This document shows positions 1-12,931 of a stretch of 64,000 nucleotides of DNA, piece by piece (position 1 is the first letter of the stretch; each line of letters begins with the position of its first letter). This DNA is from Eledone cirrhosa (Eukaryota). The DNA lies in the NCBI GenBank assembly GCA_964016885.1, contig OZ024745.1:109120001-109184000 (forward strand), read 5' to 3'. A program made the translations under genes and the position numbers. The notes under the pieces were generated by a model. It saw only the letters and a program-made list of their open reading frames with translations. It made no database searches and was not told where the DNA came from.

Positions 1-461
1 AAAAAATACCTGAAGTCTAAAAGAAAGAATATATTTTTTTAAAAGATAAATAAAACAATTATGCAAAGCATTTGGTGAACCAGGGAATTAATATAGCTGG
101 AATCAGTGGTTGTACATTCTACTAAAGCTAAAGCGTGGTGTATTCATTCATGCATGCAAACATACATATATAGACACAGACAAACAGGTATATATATATA
201 TATATATTTATATATATAATAACAATATATTTAGAAACACACAGATACATGCGGACACACACATATATACATGAATGCATCCGCACCCTTCTACGGCCTC
301 GATATGAATACCCCCTCCGCCTCCGTGGTATTTTCTTCGGGGTTATAAGAGGCTCAGCTCTGTTTCTCGACCGTTATATCGCGTGACTATCTCCCCCTCC
401 GTTTTTTGGGATTCTTTCTCACGTCGTGTAGACGCGTTCTTGAGACTAGTAAAATGAGGTA

Positions 462-551
462 TCCTCTTGATAAGTTGGCAGACCTCGCAGGGACTCTATA
501 TCTTTATGATATATTGTTTTTGTTTATGCCACGAAACTACGTAGTCGAGGA
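462..551 (+). ncRNA. Type I hammerhead ribozyme motif, U3-A8 core variant
   Basis: Stem I TCCTC(462-466)/GAGGA(547-551); core TTGATAA(467-473); stem II closed by G474-C532 with TGGCA/TGCCA; GAAA(533-536); palindromic stem III ACTACGTAGT; GTC cleavage triplet (cut after 546); about 75 nt before a (TA)n array. Confidence 0.8.
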
Positions 552-730
552 ATTTAGGAGCAGTTTAGGTATGATACATTTTATTACTAGTTGTATCTAA
601 ATGTTTCTTCTCTCTTCATAATGTATTTATATATATATATATATATATTTATATACTTACACACGAACTACTGACCAAATAATATTCGGTATCAATGGGT
701 TAAAGACATCTGTCAAATCAATTAGTGGTG

Positions 731-800
<70 letters not shown>

Positions 801-801
<1 letters not shown>

Positions 802-1015
802 TGAAAGTCTCTGGATTTCGCAAAATACATAATATATTTTATTGGAGAAGCTAAGATATGTTTCCGCAAAAATTTGATTGTACTGTTTTGTTTCCACTTA
901 TGTATTTAAAAAAAAATTTTATTTATTCATTATAAAAATTAAATGATAGCATTCTATATGTCGGTGGGCGCCCTTCATTCTGGCAAGCAATACTTTTAGA
1001 ATTAGTCCGCCACTG
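801..1015. repeat. Dispersed ~215 bp repeat, probable DNA transposon end (copy 1)
   Basis: Closely similar to 2437-2650; both start ctgaaagtctctgg and end agtccgccactg (a CAGTGGCGGA-type hAT-like terminus on the - strand). Confidence 0.7.
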
Positions 1016-1067
1016 TATATATATATATATATATTTAAAAGAATAGAGGTGTAACACACGAGTTGTG

Positions 1068-1698
1068 ATATATTAGTAAAAGGAAAAGAAAATGCTGACA
1101 AATTTTTCCCAGTGAAAAATAGTTTAATTAGGAATAAGTATAAATTAGTAATTGTTTCTACTTTTGGCACAAGGCCAGCAAATACCCAGTACATTACTGG
1201 TACTTTATTTTATCGACCTTGTAAGGATGAAAGGCAAAGTTAACCTCGGCGGGATTTTAACTCAGACCGTAAAGAGACTTATCTATGCTGGAAAACATGG
1301 CGTCCGACTCTCTACCGATACTGCAAAGTATAAATTAGTTTTAAGTTTTTACCGGTTGCGCATTTCTAATGCTTTTCAAAAATAATTTTGAGATAGAGCG
1401 CCCGTGATGTTTGCTCTAATCCGTTGGTCTTTCCAGTTGCTAATACTATCTAATACTATCTATTGGTCGCAACTCCAGATAGAAGGAGCAACGTGAAATA
1501 AAGTGTCTTACAGATTAGAGCAAACATCACGGGCGCTCTATCTCAACATTATTTTTGAAAAGCATTAGAAATGCGCAACCGGTAAAAACTTAAAACTAAA
1601 ACTGAATACTAACCAATACTTATTTACTGATTTATACTTATTCCTAATTAAACTATTTTTCACTGGGAAAAATTTGTCACCATTTTCTTTTCCTTTTA

Positions 1699-1706
<8 letters not shown>
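1068..1706. mobile_element. Foldback element next to (TA)n, Penelope-like end, HHR-like motif in each arm
   Basis: Arms ~1068-1421 (interrupted by a SINE) and 1513-1706 are reverse complements; the spacer is a CORE-SINE fragment; motif TTGAAAA-GCATT/AATGC-GCAA-CCGG-TA at 1555-1584. Confidence 0.65.
1150..1325 (-). mobile_element. SINE-A copy with apparent 14 bp target-site duplication (TSD)
   Basis: Matches the SINE-A consensus; flanked by aagtataaattagt at 1136-1149 and 1326-1339. Confidence 0.85.
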
Positions 1707-1770
<64 letters not shown>

Positions 1771-1980
1771 GCCAATCATTGTAAGTTTGAATCTGACATG
1801 CAAAAACATGTATATATAAATAAAGTAAGCCCAAATCATAATGGATTCAAATAACCCAGCGAAAGAGAGAAAGAGAGGGGGTGGGTGGGTGCAACAACAG
1901 AAATGAAACATGGATTACAGGTTAAAATATAGTCTAGATAGCTGTGAAACAAAACGAGGATTTAGTTTATGGAATACCCA

Positions 1981-2436
1981 AATGATTTAGAAGTCGACCT
2001 TAAGTAGGAGCAATAATATTAAGAAAGACATGAACGACACCACACCACTTTGCTTTGAAAATTTTGAAAGTAGGTTTATAAGTATGAATTTTCATAATTT
2101 TTTCGTAATTGCCGCTGTGGCCTAGCGGTAGGTACTAGAGACGGTGGAGATCCTGACCTTGCGTTCAATCCTGGTCAAGAGGTACATGTAACCGTTTTTA
2201 TTTTACAACCAATAGAAAAAACTGAAAAGGAACCCTACTCCGGACAAGGATCGAACTTTAGACTAGGATCACCACTGTCTATGATTCCCCCAAATAGGCC
2301 ACCGAGACAGCTACAAAAGTATAACGAAAATTGATAATTATAAACCTACTTTCAAAATCAAATTTTGAAAGATGTGGTGTCATTCATGGCTTTCCTAGAG
2401 CTATTAGTAATATTTAGGATCGACTTCTGGTCATTA
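1981..2436. mobile_element. Degenerate foldback with tRNA-like (A/B box) sequence in both arms
   Basis: tttgaaagtaggtttataa vs ttataaacctactttcaaa and agaagtcga vs tcgacttct; A-box-like TGGCCTAGCGG and B-box-like GTTCAATCC on +, mirrored by GTTCGATCC on -. Confidence 0.55.
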
Positions 2437-2650
2437 CTGAAAGTCTCTGGATTTCGCAAAATACATAATATTTTTTAATGGAGAACGTAAGATATTTTTC
2501 CGCAAAAATTTGATTGCACTGTTTTGTTTCCACTTATGTATTTTTTCGAAAATGTTATTTATTCATTATAAAAATTAAATAACATTCTATATGTAGGTGG
2601 GCCTCCTTCATCTCCTGGCAACCAATATTTTTAGACCCAGTCCGCCACTG
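2437..2650. repeat. Dispersed ~215 bp repeat (copy 2)
   Basis: Direct copy of 801-1015. Confidence 0.7.
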
Positions 2651-2654
2651 TACA

Positions 2655-2772
<118 letters not shown>

Positions 2773-3787
2773 TGTGCGTGTGTGTGTGTGTGTGTGTCTG
2801 TGCGTGTGTGTGTGCGTCATTTACCTAGTCTACCCAATTTAATCCAAAAGCTTATGTTGACCCGAAGCTAAGATAGAAGACAATTGACCACGTGATTGTG
2901 AAACAAACTCCTTTACCATTCAGTCGCACACATATACAAAAGTTTATGCGCGCCTGTGCACTAGCCAACGAGCTATATCATTCTACACATTCTTCAAACA
3001 TCTTTCGACATTAGCTAACGAAAAAGCCGCTATGCATTTGCCTGACCTGCCAAACCCAGTAGCCAACTCCCCTTCAAATCACACCTTTCCTTCGTAAAGA
3101 GTAAAGGCACACACTGAGAAATTTAGTTCTAGATATACTATTTAGAAGGAAAAAAAAAAGACGGGAAGCTAACACGTAGACCCTCTTTCTTCACAAGTCT
3201 ACCACTTAAGGCTGGCCTGGGAGCTAAACAGCAATAACAATAACCCTGAAGTGTCATGTTTAAGGAGTATATGATATAGGAGTTATTCGTTATAGCATCG
3301 TTAAATTTCTACTTCGAAACCAAGTTAGGTTTGTAAGGAGTTGAAGCTTATCCAACATCTTGTAGCGCTCAAGCTGAAGATTTCATCGGGGGTGGGGTTG
3401 CATCTCTCGAATGGAATGTTCGTATATTGACGCTATTCGAGATTTAGTTCGAGATCATTGGCCATGCCAACCTACAAATTCTTCAAGTATCTACCGACAC
3501 GAGTCAATGACGCAAACTGTACGCGGTCGCCAGTAATGGAATACAAATTTCTTTCAAATCATACATACATACTCTACTGTCTTAACAAGAGAAAGGTGAC
3601 ATTGGATAATGTAATCCTAGATGTGCAATGTCTGAAAATATAATGAGATTGCTTTTTACCACTGGAATGCTTTTTATCATAGGTCTGCTCATTCAAAGTT
3701 CACTTGTGACTAAATAATAACAGCAACGACGACGTCGCTACAACAGCAACACAAACAGAAAAATCCTCATCATATCTTTATTTTAAA

Positions 3788-4254
3788 CTAGCAGAGGTAT
3801 CCGGCATTGCTCGGGTATTAAATAGCAGTTATGTATACCATTTATGTCAATACTTCAGTGCTGCTTCAAAAACTATACTTTTACAAAATCATCGGCTTTT
3901 TCCAAAAGGGGGTTCCTGCCCCCAAGGGTCCCCTACTCAATATGTGCCAATTCACATTCATCTGTAGAACAAACGTAGCCCATGTGTCAAGTTTTGTGAA
4001 AATCGGTTGCGAACTCCAGAAGTTATGACGTTTTGTTGCATTGCACTGCAGTGCTTCAGTCGACTCCAAGGAAGCGGTTGAAGGGGGTTATCTGCCGGGA
4101 GGCCCTATAATCTATATATGGAAAAATGAATGAAAGTGCCCATGACCATCCGGAGTACATAAGTAATCTGTGTCTTAAGTTTGGTGAAAATACTGTAGAA
4201 ATGCATAAGGTTTACACACACACACACGTGCGTGTGTGTGTGTGTGTGTATGTA

Positions 4255-4329
<75 letters not shown>

Positions 4330-4957
4330 ATGTGTATGTATGTATGTATGTATATATATATATATATATATATAAATATAAATTCAGGGAGAATCGCATT
4401 TCGGCGGGTAGAAAAAGCGAAACGAAACGTAAAATGGCAGTTATGCTGGCAAGCGCTCCAATAGTTAAAAAACCAGAGCTAAACAATATGTTAAAACGCC
4501 ATACAAACTGAAAAGTGGTCAAGAAGGCATTAACCACCTAAGCCAAAAAGCAAATCAAGCTAAACAGGTCAAACAAAATAAATGATAAAAACAGACCTGG
4601 ACCCAATGGAATTGATGGTAAAATCCAAATGCAGGGTTTCTATGACACCTAAATCAATAATACTGTCTGCTTAAAACTATAAGCTTTTGGTATAATGATC
4701 GAACAAGGAATATCACGTTATCAACAGGTATTTTGCTCTGCACCAACTTTGTGAATGACGTAGAGCTTTGTAAAAGCACATGTGTAATTCACAAGGGGAA
4801 AAACCCCAGATTTTGGCAAATGAATTCAGTATGTGTATATCATGCAAAAAATTGCATAAATAGCACAAATCGAATAAGCACTCAACCAGGTAGTTAATAA
4901 AATAAACTTATGCAATTAATCTGTCAATAGAATTATTAATATTGTATATATATATAT

Positions 4958-5036
<79 letters not shown>

Positions 5037-5560
5037 AATATAAATATATATGTGTGTGTGTATATATATACATATATTTTTATGTGTATATTTATATATG
5101 TGTATATGTGTATATCTATATATGGGTATATGTGTTTGTATATGTATATATATATTATATATATATACGTATATGTGTATATATGTGTGTGTATATGTAT
5201 ATATTTATATATATATATGTATATATAAGTATATATATGCGTGTGTGTGTGCACGTGTGTATGTGCGTGTGTGTGTGTGCGCGCGCGTGTGAATGTAGCG
5301 AAGATAATACATCAGAATGACGTTATGCAGACAGGCAGGCATACAGATAGATATTATAAGAGCGCGAGGGAGATGGATAACCGGCGCCTAACACCCCTTT
5401 AACAACAGAAAATTTAAAAAAAAGCGGCAATTAATATCTTTAGACCGCAAGGAATATATAAATGCAAGTTTGAAGTCAATCGGAGTAGAAATGTGGATTT
5501 GTATAGACTTTGCAAACATGAGGACACACAGACAGACAACAACAGTTTTATATATAGAGA
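3788..5560 (-). mobile_element. Non-autonomous Helitron with nested repeats
   Basis: - strand begins A|TCTCTATATATAAAA at 5560 and ends with a CCCGAGCAATGCCGGA hairpin plus CTAG|T at 3788; internal segment ~5318-5365 is shared with ~40250-40300. Confidence 0.7.
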
Positions 5561-5702
5561 TTCATGTACAAAAAACACTTGTCAAGAAAAATTATGTAAT
5601 AAACAATAAAACATAGAAATTAAATATTTCTTCTTCTACAAATATGTTTAATATTCAAGGATTTAGTTTATGTTTTCTCATACAACTAACGAGGTTTGAT
5701 TT

Positions 5703-5788
5703 GAAGGGGTCAAGAAAGTATAGATAAGTATTTAAAAGGTCAAGAAAGTATGGATAAGTATTTAAAGGGTCAAGAAAGTATGGATAAG
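5703..5788. repeat. ~29-30 bp tandem repeat x3
   Basis: ggtcaagaaagtat(a/g)gataag occurs three times in tandem. Confidence 0.8.
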
Positions 5789-5873
5789 CAGGCTCTCGGC
5801 TAACTTCTATTGAATGTAAATTCTTCGTGTTAATAGTAGTTCACCAGAACACACACACACACACACACTCAAA

Positions 5874-5904
<31 letters not shown>

Positions 5905-5934
5905 GCTTCTAATTGAATGGAAGGCAGCATGGAT

Positions 5935-6005
5935 GGCGTGTTGGTATAATGGTAACACGTTAGTCCGGCAAATCAAAGATGTGGGTTCGTGCCCTATGTA
6001 CGTCA
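5935..6005 (+). pseudogene. Degenerate tRNA-like sequence (tRNA pseudogene or SINE head)
   Basis: Acceptor GGCGTGT/GTACGTC, D loop with TGGTA, T arm GTGGG-TTCGTGC-CCTAT; anticodon stem is mismatched. Confidence 0.5.
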
Positions 6006-6106
6006 ATACTCACCCCTTTTTCCCGATACAGAGGTTGTTTTTTTAAATCCCAACTAACAAACTAATACTATTTAGTCATGTTATTACTTAATATACATAT
6101 ATATAT

Positions 6107-6447
<341 letters not shown>

Positions 6448-6559
6448 GAGAGAGAGGTGCAGTATTCGATTCCTCGCTGTTGTATCTATCCATTTTTCCC
6501 CGTCTCCAATAGTACTTTATCCGATTTCTTTCAAATTTTATTTCTTGCAGTAATCGACT

Positions 6560-6870
6560 TTCCAGCATAGTTACGTCCCTTTACGGTCTGAGTTCAAATC
6601 CCGTCGAGGTTAACTTTGCCTTTCATCCTTACGGGGTCGATAAAATAAAGTACCAGTAATGCACTGGGATAATTGCTGGCCTTGTGCCAAAAGTAGAAAC
6701 AATTATAGTCCTATAGGCTTTGCAGCACAGAGTTACGCCCCTTTCTGATCTGAGTTCAAATCGTGCCGAGGTTCACTTTGTCTTTCATCCTTACAGGGTC
6801 GATAAAATAAAGTACCAGTAATGCACTGGGATAATTGCTGGCCTTGTGCCAAAAGTAGAATCAATTATTA
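6560..6870 (+). mobile_element. Two head-to-tail 5'-truncated SINE-A copies
   Basis: Two B boxes (GAGTTCAAATC) and two gcctttcatccttac.gggtcgataaaataaagtacc-type cores. Confidence 0.85.
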
Positions 6871-6934
6871 TAGTCCTTTGTGTTGTTATGCGAACATTAC
6901 AAATTTTGGCAATACTTCTTAAATCAACCATTTG

Positions 6935-6988
<54 letters not shown>

Positions 6989-7167
6989 TGAGTTGGTTTT
7001 CTCGTTGCTTTGGTCCTTGCGGCTGGCTTACCGGTCGCAGTCGTCAACTTGTCAAGCTGTCTAAACGTAATGTTATTACTCTAAGGTAAAACTACCTTAT
7101 TGAGTGCTTAACTGCACATTCCGGATTGCATTCGTTAGCATGGCTGCAGCCAGAGCTTCGATTTGCG

Positions 7168-7223
<56 letters not shown>

Positions 7224-7286
7224 ATTTATATATAGTAATATATATATATATAGTATATATATAGTAATATATATATATATATATAT

Positions 7287-7382
<96 letters not shown>

Positions 7383-7421
7383 GAGGAGGTTATAGTTCAC
7401 TTGATGCATTGTGTAATGAGG

Positions 7422-7831
7422 TATAAACGTTTGAATATGTGTAATAAAGCCAAAACAATGCAGGTATGGACATAGAAAAAAGAATGCAATAGTAAAAGAT
7501 ATTGTTGAGAATTCGTCCTTTACCTTGAATTTATTTAAATGTCCTTAATTTTCGAGATAATATCTCTTCTTCGGAGGGAAATAAAGGTCTCAAACCAGCG
7601 CCTTAAATCTCTAGCCAAGCCATGCTTCCGATCAGCATGGCTTGGCTAGAGATTTAAGGCGCTGGTTTGAGACCTTTATTTCCCTCCGAAGAAGAGATAT
7701 TATCTCGAAAATTAAGGACATTTAAATAAATTCAAGGTAAAGGACGAATTCTCAACAATATCTTTTACTATTGCATTCTTTTTTCTATGTCCATACCTGC
7801 ATTGTTTTGGCTTTATTACACATATTCAAAC

Positions 7832-7838
<7 letters not shown>
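7422..7838. mobile_element. Apparently perfect palindrome with 205 bp arms and a 7 nt loop, ending in (TA)n
   Basis: 7422-7626 is the reverse complement of 7634-7838; a partial family copy lies at ~23955-24070; degenerate HHR-like CCGAAGA-A-GAGAT/ATCTC-GAAA at 7686-7710. Confidence 0.9.
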
Positions 7839-7909
<71 letters not shown>

Positions 7910-7920
7910 TATATATAGTA

Positions 7921-8004
<84 letters not shown>

Positions 8005-8063
8005 TTTTTCGTGGTCCCGCTACATCCCAGATTTTTCTTTGGAACGTATCTAATTTCTTATCG

Positions 8064-9059
8064 CGGTAATCCTCGCTACATCGCGGATTTTTGGTTAGAC
8101 ATATCTATTTTCTTATCGCGGTACGTACGTCTGAATAAAAAGTGTTTAAGATTGAAACTTATTAAATAAGTTTTGATGTGATTGAAGTGTATAGCGTTAG
8201 GAAGTAGCATCTTAAGGCTTTTACTATGAAAAAATGTTTTTATTATTCATTCCATTACTGCTTTACTGATTGTGTTTTTCTCTAATCTACTATAAACCCT
8301 TCAAAGATTGATGGGAGATGTGCAGTGCATTATCAACCGGCTAACGTGGCTGGTAATGGTTGTCATTGGTTACCAGTGGTACGATCGTTGGTGGTAGTTT
8401 TTGGTGTTTAAATACAAAAGTGTGATTTAATGAGTTTATATGTGCTTAAAGCGTGTAGGAGAGCTATTTTAAGTCTTAAACTATATGAAAACAACTGTTG
8501 TCTTTATGGTCTCTCTATATGTACTTAAAGCGTGTAGGAGAGCTATTTTAAGGCCTAAACTATATGAAAACAACTGTTGTCTTTATGGTCTCTCTATATG
8601 TACTTAAAGCGTGTAGGAGAGCTATTTTAAGTCTTAAACTATATGAAAACAACTGTTGTCTTTATGGTCTCTCTATATGTACTTAAAGCGTGTAGGAGAG
8701 CTATTTTAAGTCTTAAACTATATGAAAACAACTGTTGTCTTTATGGTCTCTCTATATGTACTTAAAGCGTGTAGGAGAGCTATTTTAAGGCCTAAACTAT
8801 ATGAAAACAACTGTTGTCTTTATGGTCTCTCTATATGTACTTAAAGCGTGTAGGAAAGCTATTTTAAGTCTTAAACTATATGAAAACAACTGTTGTCTTT
8901 ATGGTCTCTCTATATGTACTTAAAGCGTGTAGGAGAGCTATTTTAAGGCTTAAACTATATGAAAACAACGGTTGTCTTTATGGTCTCTCTATATCGCGGA
9001 TTTTCATTTATCGAGGTTGGTTCTGGAATGTATCCCCTGCAATAAACTAGGGATTACTG
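8064..9059. mobile_element. Tigger/pogo-like non-autonomous element
   Basis: Right end gggattactg+TA (CAGTAATCCC-type TIR); degenerate left TIR cggtaatcctcgctacatcgcgg. Confidence 0.55.
8437..8994. repeat. 79 bp minisatellite x7
   Basis: gt(a/g)cttaaag recurs at 8442, 8521, 8600, 8679, 8758, 8837 and 8916; units are nearly identical. Confidence 0.95.
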
Positions 9060-9503
9060 TAAAACATTATCTGATGAAGATGTTAGTGTATCTAGTACAA
9101 TTAAATAATAATTTCTCTAAAAACAAAGTTGGCAGTGACTGTGAAGTTCCACTTTAATCCGGTTTCTATATCTGAAAGGAAAAGTAATTATATTTAAAAA
9201 CTGTTGTTGTGATAGGGGTGGAATAAATAATTGCAGAGGAAGAAAATTGCTGGAAATGGAGACAAAGGTGAAAGAGGTGTAAAGAGAGAAATGTATCGAA
9301 TTAAAACATGAGTAAACATGATTAACGCTAAGTATTTGTGAGGCCATTTATTGGCGACGAAGGAAGTTGTATGAGATTGAGACGGGTGTGAGTGGGTTGT
9401 CATTTTTCCTGTTGAAATAGATTCGAAATGAATTCCAATTCATGCTTGTTGATAATTAATATACTAACTTGTTAACTTGTTAGTGAATAACATTTAGTTG
9501 TAT

Positions 9504-9562
<59 letters not shown>

Positions 9563-10154
9563 AAATCGATCCTAATAATTCGAAAAAAAAAGAAGATAAA
9601 ATGTATTTAACCCACACAAAGGTGGTAAAATAAATCAATGATAAAAATATGGGAAGAGGGATTGAACTCTGTAATAGCAAAACTATGTGTAGCTAACTAT
9701 TGGAGAAGATCATGTAGCTTTGTATCTAGCTAAACATCGTGTGTAGTGAGTAATAAGAAAAACTCAAAGTAAGGAATTTAGGAAGGGTGGGGTGTTATCG
9801 GGTTACTTGGTAAGTGATATAGTTGAGGTGTCAAGTAGGGGTATATAGCATACGATATAATAAAGGTATCAAGATATAATCAACTTATCACTTGGGACAA
9901 GAAAGAAAGGGTGTGGACAAGTTTATATTTAAAAATCGAGACGGATAGACAAAGTTGATAGAAAGAATGGTCATATATTCCTAACTAACAGAGGCTGAAT
10001 AACAAAGGGTTTGTTTAATCTTAGTTAAGACTCTAATAAATTGTAGGAACGAATAGAAATAAGTTTGCACAATATTCATACCTTTCTCAAAAATATTGGC
10101 GATAAATGAGTAAAAGCGTGCGACCTCGCACTAAGCAAAATTAAATACACATAT

Positions 10155-10292
10155 GTATGTATGGCCCCGAACTTTCGATGGAGTCAGAGGGTTACCGTTG
10201 AATATACTTTGGGCATTTTAAACCTGGCGAAGTCCATCCGTCTCCAGTTATGAAAATAGTCGGTTTCTTCCACTTCCAGAAAAGGAGAGAGC

Positions 10293-10372
<80 letters not shown>

Positions 10373-10540
10373 GAAAATTGACTCCAGTACTGGTCTGGTA
10401 CATTTTTGTCGACTACACTACGAAAGGATGAAAGACAAAGTTGACCTAGGCGGGTTTTGATCTCACGGCGCAGAGAACCCGAACAAACACTGCAAAGCAT
10501 TCTATATGATGTTCTAAGGATTCTGCTAATTCGCTACTCG
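10155..10540 (-). mobile_element. SINE-A relative with an alternative 3' module
   Basis: SINE-A head/core, then (CT)n, then a ~130-170 nt tail shared with 49755-50060 and 51490-51830. Confidence 0.6.
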
Positions 10541-10701
10541 ATCCATCTAATACTTTTGTTTGTTAGTGTAAAGTAAGAAGAATTTTGAGGCTGGAAGACT
10601 CCGTCAACTCTGCCATTTCACAGCTACTAAGTCTGGAATGTAAGTTTCGAATTTCGATTTAGACGAAGTATTTATAAGAAGTATCACCGGAAGAGACAAG
10701 A

Positions 10702-11300
10702 TAATTGTTTCTACTTTTGGCACAAGGCCAGCAATTATCCAGTACATTACTGGTACTTTATTTTATCGACCCCCCGTATGGATAAAAGGCAAAGTTAACC
10801 TCGCTGCGATTTGAACTCAGATCGTAAAGGGACGTAACTATGCTGGAAAGCATACTCGACCCTTCACCGATACTGCCAATGCAGATAAAACAGACAATAC
10901 TGTTGTTGTTTAGGTCCAGTTCAACCCTTAATACGAACAAATTACCTCCTACCATTTTTATATATCAATGACTACATGTCCCTTTCCTTTTATAGAGTCG
11001 GATGGGTACAATTTGCGAGGGATATGTGACTGTTATTTCTAACGGGTCGATTGCCTAAGTAGAAGCTTGCTTGTTTGTTGGCAATATGGTAGTATCGGTA
11101 GAGGATCGGACTCCATGCTTTGCAGCATAGAGTTATGGCCCTTTATGATCTGAGTTCAAATCCCGCCCAGGTTAACTTTGCCTTTCATCCTTACAGGGTC
11201 GATAAAATAAAGTACCAGTCACGCACTGGAGTCGATTAAATCGACCCCCCCCCCCCCCTCCCCCGAATTTCTGGCCTTGTGCCTAAATAAGAAACCAATA
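10702..11300. mobile_element. Two oppositely oriented SINE-A copies (10702-10880 -, 11088-11300 +)
   Basis: Both match the SINE-A consensus. Confidence 0.85.
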
Positions 11301-11360
11301 ATATTTACGAATCTGTAGAGAGAGTGGGGGAAAAGAAAGAAAGAAAGAACGAAAGAACGA

Positions 11361-11424
<64 letters not shown>

Positions 11425-11854
11425 GTTTCTGGATTCTTTGTGTGATATATGATTTTTTAATGGCACTTTGATTAGAAATTAATTTGAAATTACATAGTAG
11501 ATCTTGTACAAGCCAGGCCCCTTCGAAAACAGACCGTCTGGGTCTCTTGGGATGAGTTGTAAAAAAGTTTTAGAGCAATAATAACGTAATGGGGCGCCAT
11601 GTTAAAGTGTTTATCTGAAATCTGAACAGAAAACAGTTGACGAAATAAAAATATGAACAACATTTTCAAAGCTAAGTAATCGCGGGTGGTAATATGAACT
11701 TTGACATTGTTTTTAAAATACGGCATCTATAATTCAATATTATATTTTTAACTGTCAATTGGCTTCTTAAATCTCATGTATTATTAATCCCGATCTAACT
11801 TACATGTACTATAAAAGTCATGACTATCACACAATCTCATTTCCGCCACCAGTA

Positions 11855-12420
11855 AATGTGTGTGTATGTATGTGTGGGTGGGTGTGTGTGTTGGGGGGTG
11901 GGGGTGGATGTGTACGTGTGTGGGTGTGGGTGTGTACGTGCGCGTGTGTGGGTGTAGGCGTGTGTGTGTGAGAGTGTGAGAGTGTGTGTGTGTGTGGGGG
12001 GGGGGGTTGTGTGTGGTAGTGCGTGTGTGCGTGCGCGTGTGTGTACGCGTGCGTGTATGGTTGTGTGAGTGCGTGCGTGCGTGTGTGGGTGCGTGTGTGT
12101 GTGTGGGAGTGTGAGAGTGGTGGTGGGGGGGGGGGGGGGAGTGCGTGTGTGCGTGTGTGTACGCGTGCGTGTATGGTTGTGTGAGTGCGTGCGTGTGTGG
12201 GTGCGCGCGTGTGTGTGGGAGTGTGAGAGTGGGGGGGTTGTGTGTGGGAGTGCCTGTGTGCGTGTGCGTGTATGTACGCGTGCGTGTGTGTACGCGTGCG
12301 TGTGTGTACGCGTGCGTGTATGGTTGTGTGAGTGCGTGCGTGTGTGGGTGCGCGTGTATGCGTGTGCGTTTGTGCGTGTGTGTGTACGTGTGTGTGTGTG
12401 TGTGTGTGCGTGCGTATGTG

Positions 12421-12461
<41 letters not shown>
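11855..12461. repeat. GT/GC-rich compound minisatellite
   Basis: Degenerate (GT)n with a recurring acgcgtgcgtgtatggttgtgtgagtgcgt block. Confidence 0.85.
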
Positions 12462-12464
<3 letters not shown>

Positions 12465-12803
12465 AGGAAGAACTCCAAAGATTCTATTTTGTGCAGGTCG
12501 CCGTTCAGATTTCCGGTGTCTTCGTCCCCGTAATGTCTTTTTTCCTTCGCTAAACAGGGACGGGATTGTTCCCGCCTGAGCAGGAAACCTCGTGTGGTGG
12601 AATGGCTGATGAACAGGATATTGCCAGTTGTTCTTTGCCACAACGATTTTGCCATCTTGTCCATAGGGCGTAGCTGAGATATATTGTTTAACTGAAGACG
12701 TACATTTTATACTACACCCCACCATTATCATCACCCCCCCCCCCCCACCACCACCGCCTTTTCCTTTGTAAGATGTTTTATTTGACTTTTAATTGTTGTT
12801 TTG

Positions 12804-12862
<59 letters not shown>

Positions 12863-12868
12863 CACACG

Positions 12869-12931
<63 letters not shown>

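Noticed and set aside
5935-6005. Functional tRNA gene
   Set aside because: Mismatched anticodon and D stems and an altered T loop; kept only as a pseudogene.
8437-8994. CRISPR-like periodicity here and at 27165-27476, 55490-56143 and 63372-64000
   Set aside because: Whole units repeat with no unique spacers, there are no cas genes, and the context is eukaryotic.
9071-9110. Isolated CTGATGA words (also at ~12606 and ~17604)
   Set aside because: No correctly placed stem II plus GAAA downstream.
11784-12734. 316 aa ORF and the many YI/VC/HT/LS/RE-rich ORFs across the window
   Set aside because: They stay open because dinucleotide repeats lack stops; no domain signal.
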